Numbered from the stretch's first letter, positions 13,805 through 29,631 are shown. The stretch is 64,000 nucleotides of DNA from Chrysomallon squamiferum (GCA_012295275.1 CM022676.1:17360001-17424000), one strand, 5' to 3'. A program made the numbers and translations. The notes: generated by a model from the letters alone, not told the origin.

Positions 13805-14138
13805 GTTTTCACTACAAAGAAAGGATAATAACAGTAAAAATAATAATAATAATAATAATAATATTAATAATAACAACAACAAGAATTCCTATGAAAATAA
13901 ATAAATAAATAAGAAATAAAAAAAATATAAAAAAGTCAAATTAAATTAAAATAATGAAAATAAACAAAAAGTAGTCAGAAAATAAAATATCAAATAAAAC
14001 TATAAAATCGATAACTCACTCATAATAATAATAATAATAAGAATAATAATAATGACGTCATACTAAATGTAATTTACAAATATTTCCATGTACATATGAC
14101 GTGTAGACGGACATATTCCAAAACCGAAACAAATATTT

Positions 14139-14171
<33 letters not shown>

Positions 14172-15339
14172 TCAAACCAAGATAATTTCTAAAACCCGAG
14201 TACTTTCTGTTTAACGCATCTGCTGCTGAACACTTAGATCAGAGATCTAAAAATAAATCAATAACTAACTAACTAAACAAATAAATAAATTAATTAATTA
14301 ATAAAAGATAAGGAAAGAAAGAAAAACATCCGATAGAAAAAGGATAAAAAAGAAATACCTTGTGCTGATGGTAATGATCACTATGATGATCACGAAGACA
14401 GAAAGAATCATTTTTGTTATCATTATTATTATAAACAGAAGTGTGTGGTCAGTCAGGTAAGAAATATTCACTGTGGGAGAATAGATTTTCTCAATGTACT
14501 TGTGGTCATTTATACCAATTTACTTCTCGAAAAGTCAGCAAAATTATCCGTCAGTGACAGATCTAAAAAGAAACATGTAAGAAAAGGGAAAGAAAATAAG
14601 AAAAATAAAGGTACAAGATGCGATGTTTTCAAAGTGGAAACAATATAAAATACTTTGTAATTTCAATATGGCTACCTACCTTAAAACTTTCTCATCGATA
14701 ATTTCTGACAAACGACTACTTTGTGTATAACCTCTAGAATAGAGCGCAGGTATAACCGATGTAAAAATAAAATAGCTAACATATAGATAAAAAAAGTGAA
14801 TAATTAATAACTTATTAAATAAAAGCTGTAATAGGGTACTACTAATAATAATACATATAAAAACATACTAAAGACCCTGTGAAAATGTTTATGTCCTTGT
14901 GGTGTTTAGGACGATGTGATGAATTCACCGTTAATACATTGTGCACATAAATGCAGAAAATAAAATAAATAAGCACTTGTCTACATTGTGTGAAGATAAA
15001 TCATTTCAATAACGATGCTACATACAAACACAACAACAAGAAAAACCGAATTAGTTTCAATAAAACAAATAAAAAAGAAATCGAAAATAATACAGTATAT
15101 GAGATAATATTATTATTAGATTTTTCATCCGTAACATCCATATACGAGAATTGTAAATAAAATTTCGCTGACAACGTATTTTCAAGTCAGGCATACGTAA
15201 CGTTTTTCATGTGAAAATAAAAGAACACCTCACACTATAACGACCTATTTGTCAGAGAACTAACTCTGATATATCTAAAAATAATCAAACTAAGAATACT
15301 CGAATCGTTAAAAGTCAATACAATATAATATATCATCCG

Positions 15340-15525
15340 CTTTCAATATGGCCGACTTGTTTCACTTCTGTTTTGTTTACTTTTAGCTATCAGAATCCGC
15401 CACTGACAAACACGTTGACTGACGTCAAACATCTCTACGTCATCAAGTGTCACTTCTCAGGTTTGAATGTCAGATTAAAATAAACAATTCTTGCTACTAG
15501 ACATGTACACTCATCTTACACATAT
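15340..15525 (-). promoter_or_regulatory. conserved upstream module, candidate promoter of copy A (mirror 56098-56280; diverged copies ~47175-47360 and ~50347-50760)
   Basis: Block gtaagatgagt..gtgacacttgatgacgt..gtcggccatattgaaag is kept in four copies; contains CRE-like TGACGT and YY1-like GCCATATT; lies ~1.6 kb upstream of the ATG. Confidence 0.35.
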
Positions 15526-15662
15526 TTTTCCTTAAAGTACATTATATTGATTTAATGTAGTTCTATTACTTTGCATTGTTTTTATTTATGTTATAAAATG
15601 TATATAATAATAATAACAGCAGCAGCAACAGCAGAAGCAGCACAAACAACAACAACAACAAC

Positions 15663-15705
<43 letters not shown>

Positions 15706-17410
15706 TTCAAAATAAAAAGGAAACATAACTGTAACTATTAGTTTAGAACTATATCGGTGCCAACTACGGATCCGTAATTTGTTAGAAGCGAGTACCTTCT
15801 GTTTAACTATTCTACTATTGATCAGTAAGATCAGATATAAATAAATAAATAAATAAATAACTTGATAAAATAAAATAAAATAAAATGAATATATAAAGAA
15901 AGAAATAAAATTAAATAAAGTAATAAGATGGATAAAAATATGGCATTAGCTATACATATTTCATATAAGTTATATTAAAATCATGACGATTATGATAATA
16001 GTGATGATGACGACAACAACAACAACAATAATGGATTTAGTTTAACACTACTAATAATAATACTCTCACAACAACGGCTGATATTCCTATGCTGCTACTA
16101 CAACTACTGCTGCAGTCACTTCTACTACTGAAACTTCTACTATTAAACCTACTGCTATCATTATAAGTAGCGCTAATATCATTACACATTATATATATAT
16201 ATACTCACGTGACCAGTCTATAAAGATACAGCTAACACGTAATTGCTTGTTTCTTATGTAGGTCAGATACAAACAGTGTATCGCACGAGAACAAAGCTGT
16301 AGCTGGGTGTTATTTACAACGATCTGACAAATTCATTGTTAAAACAGTGTCTGCGCATAAGTGTAGAAATAAATTGAAAACGTGTGAAATTATTTAAACT
16401 GTGAGAAGATACATAGTGTATTTATGTCTGCCATTGTAGATGAAAGCAAATGCAATAACATTTTATACACTTGTTGGAACGGATGATAGACCAATACGAA
16501 AGCTAAGTTTAACGAAAGAGAAGAATGAAGAAATGACAAAAAGAAAAAACAAATGAAAGAAGGAAGGAAGGATAGAATAATTAACGACACTGTAAACACA
16601 TTTTGTTAACTGATTTGTGGGTGTGTGAAACTTGCTGTTAAGGACTGCTGAAATAAAATGAAAGTAAATCTGCAGTCGCCACATCAAGTCTACTCAGGAA
16701 GTGGTATTTTATATAGACAACTGGATGAACAGTATAATATGTATCAACCATTGGCTCTCTTTAAGCAGTATACTATTTTTCTTTCTTTATAATTTGTTAA
16801 GATTTTATTATTATTAACAAGTTTCATATATAAACAAATTACGACTAGAAACAGTGTACTGGTAAAGACTAATGAAAAGCAATCACGATATAAACGATAA
16901 AATTTATAAAAAATATGCGAATTTCTAACTTGTATGATTCATACTAGCCTTTAGGACACTTTCATTCATAATATTGGTTCAGTACTAAGATACTTATTGA
17001 CAATACAGAAAAAGAGAGCGCTACAGCGTGGACATAAATGGTGTAGAAAATACGTCACGGCGGACACAAACAGGGTTGTAAGAGGTTGGCAGAAGAGGGT
17101 GTTTGGTTAGTTGTAATGTTGTTTAAAAACAGGTTTTTTCACGTTAACAGATTGATAACTCGTAAAGGATAGTGTTTTTTCAGGACAGTCTTTAAGCAGG
17201 ATATTATTTATACAGGATACTATTTTTACATGAACATTTTTATAGGAATTAGCAATCTTAACGTTAAATTTAATCTTAAACCGACACTAATACCAAACCT
17301 GAATTATCTCTAAATACAACAACGTTTCTGATATTACTTACTTGAATCCGAACTCTACATCTGTCCATATGAACCAGTGATAAACATCATCATAATTTTA
17401 TCCTAATACC

Positions 17411-17659
<249 letters not shown>

Positions 17660-18350
17660 AATAATGCTTCCTACCTTCCTGGTGAGAATTTCTGTTTGAC
17701 GGTTTTTCTGTAGATCACTGAAGTGAGAATCTAAAAATAAATAAATATTAAATGAAACATATTACATCTTCAATACTGCTGATTTATTTTAAGAAAATAA
17801 TAGCACGGTACATATTAAGTCACAATGCAATGCAAACTACCTTCAAATCTCAAAACGGCTGTCTGTTTACACAAAATACGTACTTGTATGTGAGTGGTTT
17901 TACTAGAGCTGACAACACGTCACTGAAATAATTTCTGTGTGTCGCTCTTAATAAACGTTTCTGCTGATAAATACGTGACTGAAATCTGATGTCCTGGAAC
18001 TCGAAATGGGAATCACGGTAGATGCATGCACAACTTTTCTTACGTATAATCTCACAGAGTAATGTACAGAAACAAAGAATTATATAATTTGTCTTTACTT
18101 ATTTTGTCTGTGAAATATTTATATACATTTCTCACAGAGTATACTGAGGAAAAACGTATCGATAAGAAGTGTCTGTATTTAGGTCAGACAAAATTAGTGT
18201 GTTAATACTATTGGCGATAAAAAAAATGTATACCTCGGATCGTGTAAAATGAGGTGTAATTGTGAATGTGGGGCACTCTTTTATTTGCACATATTCTGAG
18301 TCAAAGCGAACCAACTACCGATGTGACAAATATCACCTTTATTATTGTTA

Positions 18351-18384
<34 letters not shown>

Positions 18385-19208
18385 CAAAAACGTTCAAATC
18401 CTAATACTTATCCTGATCATTGTAGTAGTTTTGTTTTAAATTATTAATTATTTATCTGCATCAGTTATTTCTTTTTATTTATCTATTTCTATTTTTCGTT
18501 CTTTCTTTCTTTCTTTATTATACACACCAGAAAACATACAGTGTAATAAATAACACAACTAATACATGCTAATGCAAAATAAATAAAAATGTAAAAGAAA
18601 ATGAATGTTTTAAAATACAGCAGTGTCTACATTATCCGAAAAAACAACAAAAAAACAACAACAGCAACAACGCATCAACAAAAAAAAAAATAATAACAAT
18701 AATGAAAAAAAAAATAATAATAATAAAATAAAATAAACAAGCACAAAAAACACTGATAATATTAAAAATGTTACAAATATGTCCTGCACATTTCTAATAT
18801 TTAATACTTGTCATATAAATATTACAGTAAGAAATATGGATGATTAAATAATGGCAAAAATAAAATAGAAAAATAGAATAAATCTTTTTTCAGTCCCTAA
18901 ATAGATGTCACATAGTTACATTTCATATAAATATTTTCCCCCAAACATTTCAGTTTCCTTCATGTCTAGTTGTTTCATTGTTTATATTGCAAGAATATTC
19001 TTATCCATATGATAACACATGTTCAGAATATCTTGGAATCCATTTAAGGTTAGTTGTTGGTGTTTGCATTATGATTTAACTGCTTAGCAATTAACAACAT
19101 TAAATATATTATGCTATCTTTTATTATTATTTATTTTACAATATCATGAATATGTAGAAATGTTATTATTATTTATCAAAATTAATATTTTATCAAAATA
19201 GATTATTA

Positions 19209-19273
<65 letters not shown>

Positions 19274-22200
19274 ACGTAGGTAAGATACCAGAACAGATTG
19301 AAAACTGTAAATCATCATTTTATTATTAATGGGTATTTTCCACTTTGTTTTTAAAATTTCTTAACTGATTAACAATAGTTATCAATACTCAACATTATAA
19401 TCCAGTCATTACATTTCTAATGTATTTACTGCGTTAATTTTTATTGAATAAATGTATTCACATGTTACTTACATGTACTAATTTATGAAGCTGGTCTAAG
19501 GGGAGATAACTTCTTATTTAATGCGATATATATATTTTTTGGGGGGTTGGAGTAATTATTCATTATTTTATTATTATTTCACAGTTAAAATGATTATTTG
19601 CATAATTTAACTTTAATGTCAGGTATTTCAAATGTTTATTTTAGGTACTAAATGTAGATAATGTTAACACCACTACTACTACTAATACTGTTACAACAAC
19701 TACTGCATCCGCTCCTGACATATAAACAATTATACATTGATGAACAAACCGACACTGAAATAATCGTTTACGTTGTACCGACTCATTTAACAACTTTCAC
19801 ACAGTAATCAATAGCAATGCTCAATACTTCACAGGATTAATTGTGGCTGATTACTTTAAACAAACTAACAGAAATGCATTACATGTTAAGAACATATCAA
19901 TTTTCAAAATGGCTGTCTTCTTGTGTCAAACACCTCCTTGTCTCTGAGTTGTTTAGCTGGAACTGAAAACTTATTTTTTGTTGTTAGGAACCGTCTGCTC
20001 AGAAAGTGTAGGACCGCTGTATTATGTTTTCTATTCAAATGTATTTAGCAATCCAACTAACAGGTGTTTCTGTTGACAAAACACAGAAAGAGATCTATTC
20101 ATTGTAAATCATAACACGTCTCCATAACGGTTATTGCTCTACTTGGCGGTGGTCGTAATTCCTCGAGAAGAAAAATTTGTAACGAAAGAAATGTCTCTTC
20201 ATTAATGTAAAAAAACGTTTCTTGAGAATGGGAACATGATTCTGTAAGGTAATTTGATGACTGACGTAATACGTCTCATATTTTTAGAGATCTAAAAGTT
20301 TATTAAGCCTAATTAAACATCTAAACGTTTATTTGTATTTTATGAGTTCAACAAATTTATATCATCTAACATTAGTGAAATTGATATCATTTCTTATTTA
20401 AAAATAATACCATATCATTTAAATTATTACTTATTCATATTAAGAAATACTGATGACAAATTCTGATAATTGTAAGAAATTTACAATTCCGATTCTGTTT
20501 ACAAAATAATTAATTTTAAAATTGAAATAGAAAATATAGTCAATAAATGAAAAATAATAGCTGAACACCCAAACCCGTGTACATTTTTTATTTCTTTTTA
20601 ATCCCTGCTTCATGAGTTACAGGAAAACAGATCTGCATTATATAAAACACGCTTTATCAGGAAGCAAGTAATACACACTGATCAAGGTCTAGTTGGCGGT
20701 CCTATAAACAAAACACATTTAACCATAATGGATTCAAGTATTCACAAAAATGTAAGTCTTTAACGTTTAGATGAAAACAGAATAATTTATTATGGGTTTT
20801 CGAGGTCGTGATTCAGCATTAATTTCCACCATATTAGAGAGAGCACCACATTCGAGCAGTGTGGCAACTCACTAGACGTTCTCAATGACATTTACAACAC
20901 TTTGACTAATCTTCTGTGCACTCATTACTACAGCAGACTATTATAAGAGTTCGTGTGAAGATAAATATAGTAATCACAGTACTACGTACTTTGTACTATT
21001 TCTATAAGAAGGAAATGGAACACTTGAACAAATTCGAAATAATTACTTTTCTTATACTGGTTGGAACGCGTGACAGATAAAAGCGAAAATTAAATAAGAA
21101 GGAAGGAAAAAAAGAAAGGAAAAAGGGAATAGAAGGAGGAAAAATTATTATTTTTATTATTATTACTATTATTATTATTACTACTACTACTAATACTACT
21201 AATACTACTTCTATTGCTATTATTAATGTATATTTGTGGTGAAAACATGGCCACCTAAGCTTCAATCTGAAGTAGGCAGAGAGTGAAGAAATTATTTGAA
21301 TGTATTATTATTATTATTAAATTGTTTCTTATTTAAAATAAGTACGACTCATAACAGTGTACCTTTGTAAAGTCTCATAAAAAAACATCAGGATATAAAC
21401 GAGTGATGTAAAAGCTAAGAAAAGCGGAAAAACGATAAGTTCAGTTTTTCATAAAAAGGCTTTTAGAACACTCTTATTGTAATGCTTTTAAAGCACTTTG
21501 GTTCGATGTTAAAATGTGTATTGACAGTACAGATAAAGAGAGCGCTACAGGTGGGAGAAATGGTGTAGAAAACAGGTCATGACAGACATAAAGAGTGTTG
21601 TAAGATGAAGCAAAAAGAGAGTTCATAGGGTGTTGAGTTAGTTTAATGAGTGTTTCAAAGTGGTTTCTCTTTCAGCATCAAATTCCACATATTTCAGAGA
21701 TTGGTGAGTTGTAGAGGGTAGTGTTAATTCAGGATAATTTTCAAACAGGATATTTTTCATACATGAAAATATTTATAGGAATTATTAATTTTATCTTTAT
21801 ATTTAACCTTAAACCAATACTAATACTATCCCCGAATTAACTCTAAATACAACAACGTTTCTGATATTACTTACCTGAATTTTAGCTCTACATCTGTGCA
21901 CCTAAGTCTGTGATTAAGTTTATGATTAATTTCCCCTCACTGTCTGTCCATAGCCTAAACCCTAATCCTAAGACCCCCCCACTATCACCCTAGACTTCAT
22001 ACTATCCTAACACATTTCTTAACATAATCCAACCATAACCCTGTACCCAAACAGTTTCGAGAGAAAATATAAATAAATTAATAAATAAATAATGTTATTA
22101 ATAATAACAATAACAACAGTTATGACAATAACAATAAAATGTAAATTTTATTGTGTCGTAGTAAAATAAAATTAAACTTTGTTACATTTTGTTTTATCAT

Positions 22201-23399
22201 CTAAACAGTTTTCACATCTCTTGTTACGTACATTACATTACATACCACGATTTGTACACACTATTCTTTCGTAGTGACCTTAGAGTCTCCAAGAAGAGTT
22301 TAACCAACGACCTGTTTGTTTTTCAGTTCAGCAATGGCTCCAGAACTGATGTATGAAAAATCTCTTTTCAACTGTCTTTAAGCAGGTATGTATAAAATAT
22401 TGTTTACTTCTAAACTGTAGAGCAGTGAGAATAGTTTTCTCCTGTCAATAAAATAGCTGTGGGTTTCAATATTAATATTTGTCATAATACAAGTGTTAAT
22501 AAATGTTTTACAATATCAAAGCGATTCATGTCGACTATTATAATTTATTGGACACGCAGACACAGCGTGTCGTAGGAGAGAGACGTTTTTAATTTATTTC
22601 AAAAACAGAATACAACGACGACTACCTTTATTTTATGTGTAGTGAGTGAAGAAAAGGCAGTGCTATGTAAATAAATGATTCATGTTAAGAATAGAAGCTG
22701 TGGCGCGTATTCAGAGAAAGAGTTAAAATTTGTATTTTTACACTGCTCAGTTTTTCTGTTCATTCTACCTGACTGAACCACATGTCAGTCGAGAAAGTCG
22801 TATTTTTAACAGTTGTAGCGTTATACAAGAACAGTTGTGTTTAACAGAGACGAGTATTTCAGTGTGTGTCCGACTGCTTATATAACAGCACATAATATAA
22901 TTTAAAATACTAACAACAACAACAATAATAATAATAATAATTGTGACTACGAAATTTAATATGTTCTTTTGTTATAACGTTAAACACGGATATCTATGAA
23001 ACTCTTTAAAAGGTATATTTTTTCTTCTATATGTAGGCTATAGATAACTTTACTAACGTAATACTCTTCATATAAAATTAAAATGTTTACATTGTATATT
23101 AAACAGAAAATATAAAGCAAATTTAAATACTAAAACACACACACACACAAACACACACTCACACACACACACACACAGTCACACACAGGTAATTATAAAG
23201 AGTAAATTAACCAGAAATATATGTAAAGAAATGAATTTCTCATTAACCATCCCTAATACTCATTTCACCGGAAAATACGCGATGACGAATTCTTAAAGTT
23301 AGTTTGTAAATTTGAGAATTAAGATATTTAGCTAAAGCGAGTTTTGTGTAACAAAGTTTTAAAATGTGTCAGCCTGGGCTGGCTTCTCTCGCTCTTTTC

Positions 23400-23530
23400 A
23401 CTGACGTCTGCGGGAATCTAATGTATGACGTCAGCAAGGAAAACTCGGGTCTGAGGATGAACAAGCGACAAGCGGTTACTACTGATGAAGAGGGAGGTCA
23501 CTGGGAGAGAACCTTTGAACTTTGACCTCG
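23400..23530. promoter_or_regulatory. candidate enhancer with CRE and nuclear-receptor DR1 (mirror ~43230-43385)
   Basis: TGACGTCA at 23426-23433 and TGAACTTTGACCT (= AGGTCAaAGTTCA) at 23516-23528 in a GC/CpG-rich patch; both retained in the mirror copy. Confidence 0.35.
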
Positions 23531-23837
23531 CTTTGAAAACTGCGATACGCGTTTGCAAGCGGGATTTGGTAAAATATTTGTTTCACTTTTGATATCGTCT
23601 TCATGCTGTGTAATGTGTGTCATTACCAGCGTATATCTTATATATGTATATATAACATATTTTTGGTATTATAAAAAAAATATGTTTCTAAATTAGCTGT
23701 TATTCCATTATTTTCTTAGTGCATAAGTGTAGTATTATACCATCACGATAATTATTTTTACTTTACTAATTCCTGTCATAGTGTCTTAAGTCATAGACAG
23801 TGACAACAACAGTAACACAAACAGGAACAGAACCAGC

Positions 23838-23879
<42 letters not shown>

Positions 23880-25122
23880 AATAATAATAATAATTATAAT
23901 AATAATAATAATTACAATAATAATCACAATGAATACACAAGCTATTATTGTTATAAAGTTTGCAAAAAAAGATCTTCTTTTGTTTGGATTGTTTTGTTTG
24001 TGCAACCTACATTTTGTTAGCAGCTGAATTAACATAAAACAAAACACCTGTGTTCACAGGACGACTAAATTGTAAGGTGTATTTTTTTCTTCTTCTTTTA
24101 TTATCATTTTGAAATTTGTACTAAACGAGGCGATTAAACCAAGTTTTTCCTCTCTACCCACTGTAACATTCGATATCCAGTATTAAATTAAACAAGATTT
24201 ATTTCTCATGACGAAGTATTTTATCTGTGTCAGTCACGCTGACCTGCTGAATCACGCGTTCTGAATGTCGTTCTGCCAGAAGATGTAAATATTTTTTTTT
24301 ATCAGTATCAGGAGCGGACCTGAGTTAAATAATGGATGCGGTTCGATAGTGTTGTGTAAATATATATATACCTGTGTTTATTATTTTCTCTAAAGTAATG
24401 ACATGATATATACTAGACAAAAATCACACAATGGTTTGACCCGAACTGAACAAACATCATTTTCTAACGTATGTTTCTATTTATCTTGCGAAATTAAAAT
24501 ATTTTTAAAAAGATAAAAAAAAGAAAATGTACAGCAAAGACAACTACTACTACTATTACTACTACTATTATTACTAATATAAATACTACTCACTCCTCCA
24601 CTACTACTAATACCTGTCATTATCACCAAACGTATAATACTACTACTTCTAATAACAGAAATATTCATTACTTTTGTAATTTAATTTTATTATATTTACA
24701 TATTTAGTTATTTTCTTTGCTGCCTACCCTCTTTTGGCCTGTACCTGAATTAATTTTCAGAAACTCGTATGACTGCGCGTATTCAAAACCCGACTGAACA
24801 GGATGAAGCGTTTCGCCTCGGTAAACAGACATAATGTAAACAGTTAAACTATACATAGGGGATCAGCACTGGCGTGTCAGTGGGCAATTCCAACGTCTTT
24901 TTATATCTGATAGTTGTGTTATGTTCTTATGATTTTTATCTTAACCAGATCCAGTATCGTCCAGTTCGTCGTTCAGTTTCAGATAGGATTTATTGTTCCA
25001 TTGTTTTTGTGTTTGTGTGTGTTCCTGTGTGTGTGTGCGTGTGTTAAAACATGTTCATTTTCAAATGTGTATGTGATTCGTATTAAAGACCCGATTCCAG
25101 ATAGTTTTTTATAAATAAAATA

Positions 25123-25173
<51 letters not shown>

Positions 25174-25247
25174 AAATAAATAAATAAATAAACAGAATAA
25201 TAGTATTAGTATCTCTGACATAAAATAATAGTTTTTATGCATTAAAA

Positions 25248-25366
<119 letters not shown>

Positions 25367-26173
25367 GTCTGACATGTATCTGTTAAAAAGGTATCTTTCT
25401 TGCTTTCCTTCTTTTCTTAGATGAAAAAGGTCTGTATGTTTTATTATTTGTAGGTTACTGTTTGCATGGACTGAACGATCAGTAAATATTTTATTTTTAT
25501 ATTGTAATTTGTTAGACAGCGAGACACATTACATTCAGAAATATCAGTATTTGTACGTATCGTTAGATCTGGAAATAAGTTTGATTAAATTCATATCATA
25601 ATATGTTAAATCGGGAAATTAGTTTAATACTGACATAAAGTATGAAGAAATTTACGTGTGCTATTGTGATGTATCAGTTTAATTGCAATGTACTTTATTG
25701 CTTTATTTAATAAGACGAGCATCTCTTCATCATCTTTGGGTTTGAAGTGTGTTCTTTATAATACTCCGGAATAAATCAATAAATCTGTCATTATAAAACA
25801 CTTGTAACTTTTTTATTATTCACCAGTGCAAACAAACAACATAGTAAGTTTCACTTCAGTAAACAAATAAAATATGGTTTGAACATATTTCAAATTGGTT
25901 TATGCCGTGAATGGAGACATGAAAAGCTATATAAATGAAAATAAAAAAAAAGAAAGATAGACGCAGAAGAAGAAAACATTCCTTTGTTCGTCAGTGAAAA
26001 CAAAATCTTATCTTTATCTCCTTACAGTCGCCATAGTCAAGATTTCTGTCTTTTTTTAGAGGTTAACTGAACTAACATGGGATATTTCACTTTGTCTCTT
26101 CAAACTTTTCTTTCGTGGGAAGAAAATATGTGTGCATGTACCTTTCCCAGGAAACAAAAGTTCGAAATGAGAA

Positions 26174-26213
<40 letters not shown>

Positions 26214-26503
26214 AAACTTAATATTTTTGTCAAATAAAAATATGAAAGAAAATAGCGGCAACATCTATTGAAATAAGTTAGTTGTATTTTTGTAAGCTAT
26301 TAAATAAGCTAACATAAAATTTTATCCACTTCTCTGTAAATTTTCTGACAAAGCTGTAGATAAACAGAGGGCGATCAGCTGAATATTATCAACACATTTC
26401 ATACAATAATTACTATCAGGAAATTAATTTAGTTATATTGAGAGAAGATAATAATTGTACTCAATCAGACGTGTTTCAGACAGACATGTATATGTAGGCG
26501 TAT

Positions 26504-26577
<74 letters not shown>

Positions 26578-27060
26578 GATTGATAGAGACAGAGAGAGAC
26601 AGAGAGACAAGAGAGAGAGAGAGAGAGAGTGAGAAAGAAAGAGACAGAGAGACAGAGTGAGAGAGACAGAGAGAGAGAAAGAGAGAGACAGAGAGAGACA
26701 GAGATAGAGAGATTAGATTAATCACAGTTATTAAAATAATCAAATGTATTAAATTTACAATTATACTTCTAGTTTGCGTATATTTGTGACATTGTATTAG
26801 TTTTAATAAACGTGAGACTTAAAACGTTTCCGTCATACCTGTCTTTTGTGCAGTCTCTCATTCACGCATAGAAACAAACTGTATGTATTTAGATTATTCA
26901 ACTAATGAAATATATGCTATAGTATACTGAATTAATTAGTTTAAAAACAATATATATGTATGTCTCTCTGTGTGTGTATGTGTTAACAATACGAAATAAA
27001 GGTGTCTAATATATAGAGAAAGAATGTTCTTATTATTGTTATTACAATTATTATTATTAT

Positions 27061-27140
<80 letters not shown>
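27061..27140. repeat. (TAG)n microsatellite
   Basis: Pure trinucleotide run; shorter (CTA)n mirror near 40125-40150. Confidence 0.97.
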
Positions 27141-28216
27141 CTATTATGTTATCTTTGCATCCTGTTTTTCATTGCTATTAATTAATTATATATGTTATGA
27201 AGAGGATAGATAAGAGTCTGTATATATCCATACACGTTAAAAAAAGTTCTATTTTTGGTGTAGAAGTGTATTATATTTGTCTTTTGTCCGACAAAAAAAC
27301 CTGTAAAGCGGGCTTCACTTTATGACGATGAAAAAATTGTGACGGGTTTATTGAGAGAGGCTATTCTCATTTATAACTGAACCGTTACCGAAAGTCTAAG
27401 ATTTCATGATGTCATTTTGATCTTTACTTTTCTGTCCCGCAATCGAACACAGCTTCACGTTATGTTTTAATGAATTGGTGTATCTGTACTTACAAAAGGA
27501 GCTCTGTTTATCTCTATGAGTTTGTACATCTTAGTATTTCTATCTTTAGATCTGTGTGAGTGCGTGCGTGTGTGCTTGCTTGTATATAGATAGCTTTAAG
27601 AACGTCTTAAATGTGTGCGTGTGTGTATGTGTGCGTGTGTGAGAGCGTATATGTGTGTCTGTGTATCTGTGTGTGTATGTATTTGTGTGTAGCTGTGTGA
27701 GTGTGTGTATGTGAGTGTGTGTATCTGTGTGAGTGTGTCTGTGTATGTGTGTGACTGTGTGTGTGAGTGTTTGAGAGCGTATATGTGAGTGTGTGCATAT
27801 GTGTTTTATGTGGGTGACTGTGTGTGTGAATGTGTTTCTCTGATGATACAAGAGAGAGATAATAATAATAATATTTATTATTATTAAACTATTTGATATT
27901 TTAAACAAGGACGTTTGTACTGTATAGTTTAAAAACATCACGATATGAACGAGTGAACTGCAAGATTATGAAAACAAGCGAAGCGATAACTTGTATTATT
28001 CATACTGGCCTGTAGGATATTTGTATAGTCATGATTTTCAGATAGACTGGTTCGACAAAACATTCATTTAAGATTACGAGAAACGGTGTAAATCTACAGA
28101 AAACAAAATAATATTAAGATAATAAAATAAAAAGTTCTGTATTGTTTCCAAGGGCTCTCTTTAGATTTACAAATGTTGTGTAAATCTGTGAAACACGATA
28201 TGTATTCTCATTTTAG

Positions 28217-28273
<57 letters not shown>

Positions 28274-28522
28274 TGACGAAGACATAATCCGCGGCAGCGG
28301 TTCCGTTTCATATACAGAAGATCACCTTAGAGAATTTCAAAATTTAGCCATGCTTTACATATATATATATATACATACACACACACGCACACACAAACAC
28401 ACACACACACACACACACATAGAATTATACATGTTCCTTCTTTTTATATATAAGTGTTATGTTTTCGTGAATTGGTTTATTTGTTTTTACAAAAAATAGG
28501 TTTGTTTATCTTTACAGCTTTG

Positions 28523-28578
<56 letters not shown>

Positions 28579-28751
28579 CGTTTTTTGTGTATGTGTGTAT
28601 ACCAATGTGTATGTGTATATGTGCATCTATAATTGTGTGTATGTGTGTATATGTGTGTCTATGTATGTGTGTCTGTGTTTGTGTGTGTGTAGATATGTTT
28701 AAGAAAGAGTGAATACTACTCTGATTGTGCAAAACGGACGTGACGGGTGTA

Positions 28752-28794
<43 letters not shown>

Positions 28795-28946
28795 TATGTA
28801 GTTATTGACAGTGCTAATTACTATATAAATTATTTGTCTTTTGTTCTGGAATTTACATTTGGTATCTGAAGTAGACAGCATCCGGATTAGTCACTGTTTT
28901 GTTCACCACAGATTAACAGTAGATGGAAGGGAAACTGAAATGTGCC

Positions 28947-29584
28947 GGTGTAGCAGTTAATTACAAACCCCTGGAATTCGCACACCCCAGGGTTTGTAAT
29001 TTGCTAGGAAATGCCCCCCACCCAGTGGAATAGTACACTGCATAGCATTCCTGTTACTCCTATCTTCTGGCACACCACTGGCATAGACTGTGAATGTCAG
29101 TCAGAAGGGAAACGGTTATATACAAACAGTTTCTGACTACTACAGCAAGTGTTATCAGTACTTTAATTAATTATTGTTTATGAAGGAAGTTGTTCAATAA
29201 ATAATCTCCAATCAGACTGTCGCTCTTTTTATTTTTCAGTTGTGTATCACAAGAATGTGACCACAGCTTTTTGTAGCTGCAGCTAAAATTAAAGTCAGAA
29301 AAGCCTGACATTTTAAGGTTCCGTCGGGATAAAATATTTTTGTACAATTTAACAGACATACTATATTTGAAACTGTTGTTAAACACAAACATAAATAATT
29401 TTGGGCAAAAAAGCCCAGAAGTTTGACCCATTTCTAACGTGCAAATATTTGTTGTTCATATCAAAATCACATATGGAAGGAATGTTTATAGTGAGATGCA
29501 ATTACAAACACAAACAATACTGCTATGTGTGGGTATATTAGCAGGGTTTTGTGATTTACAGGGTTTGTGATTTCCTGCTACACT
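28947..29584. mobile_element. ~640 bp non-autonomous element with terminal inverted repeats (truncated mirror 35817-36252)
   Basis: GGTGTAGCAGTTAATTACAAACCCCTG at the left end versus CAGGGTTTGTGATTTCCTGCTACACT at the right end (imperfect ~26 bp TIR). Internal hairpin AATTACAAACCCCTGG..CCAGGGTTTGTAATT at ~28959-29000. TSD not identified. Confidence 0.6.
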
Positions 29585-29628
29585 AGTTTATAAACAAATC
29601 CCGGTTAGTCCAAGGTTCTTTTGTGCAC

Positions 29629-29631
<3 letters not shown>

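Noticed and set aside
14445-14648. Identical 67-aa ORF in both arms (also 56971-57174)
   Set aside because: GTG start, no recognisable domain, frame not kept in the B-flanking paralog; identity reflects the recent duplication.
21950-22050. Telomere-like CCCTAA hexamers (mirror ~44230-44325)
   Set aside because: Too few and too degenerate to call an interstitial telomeric array.
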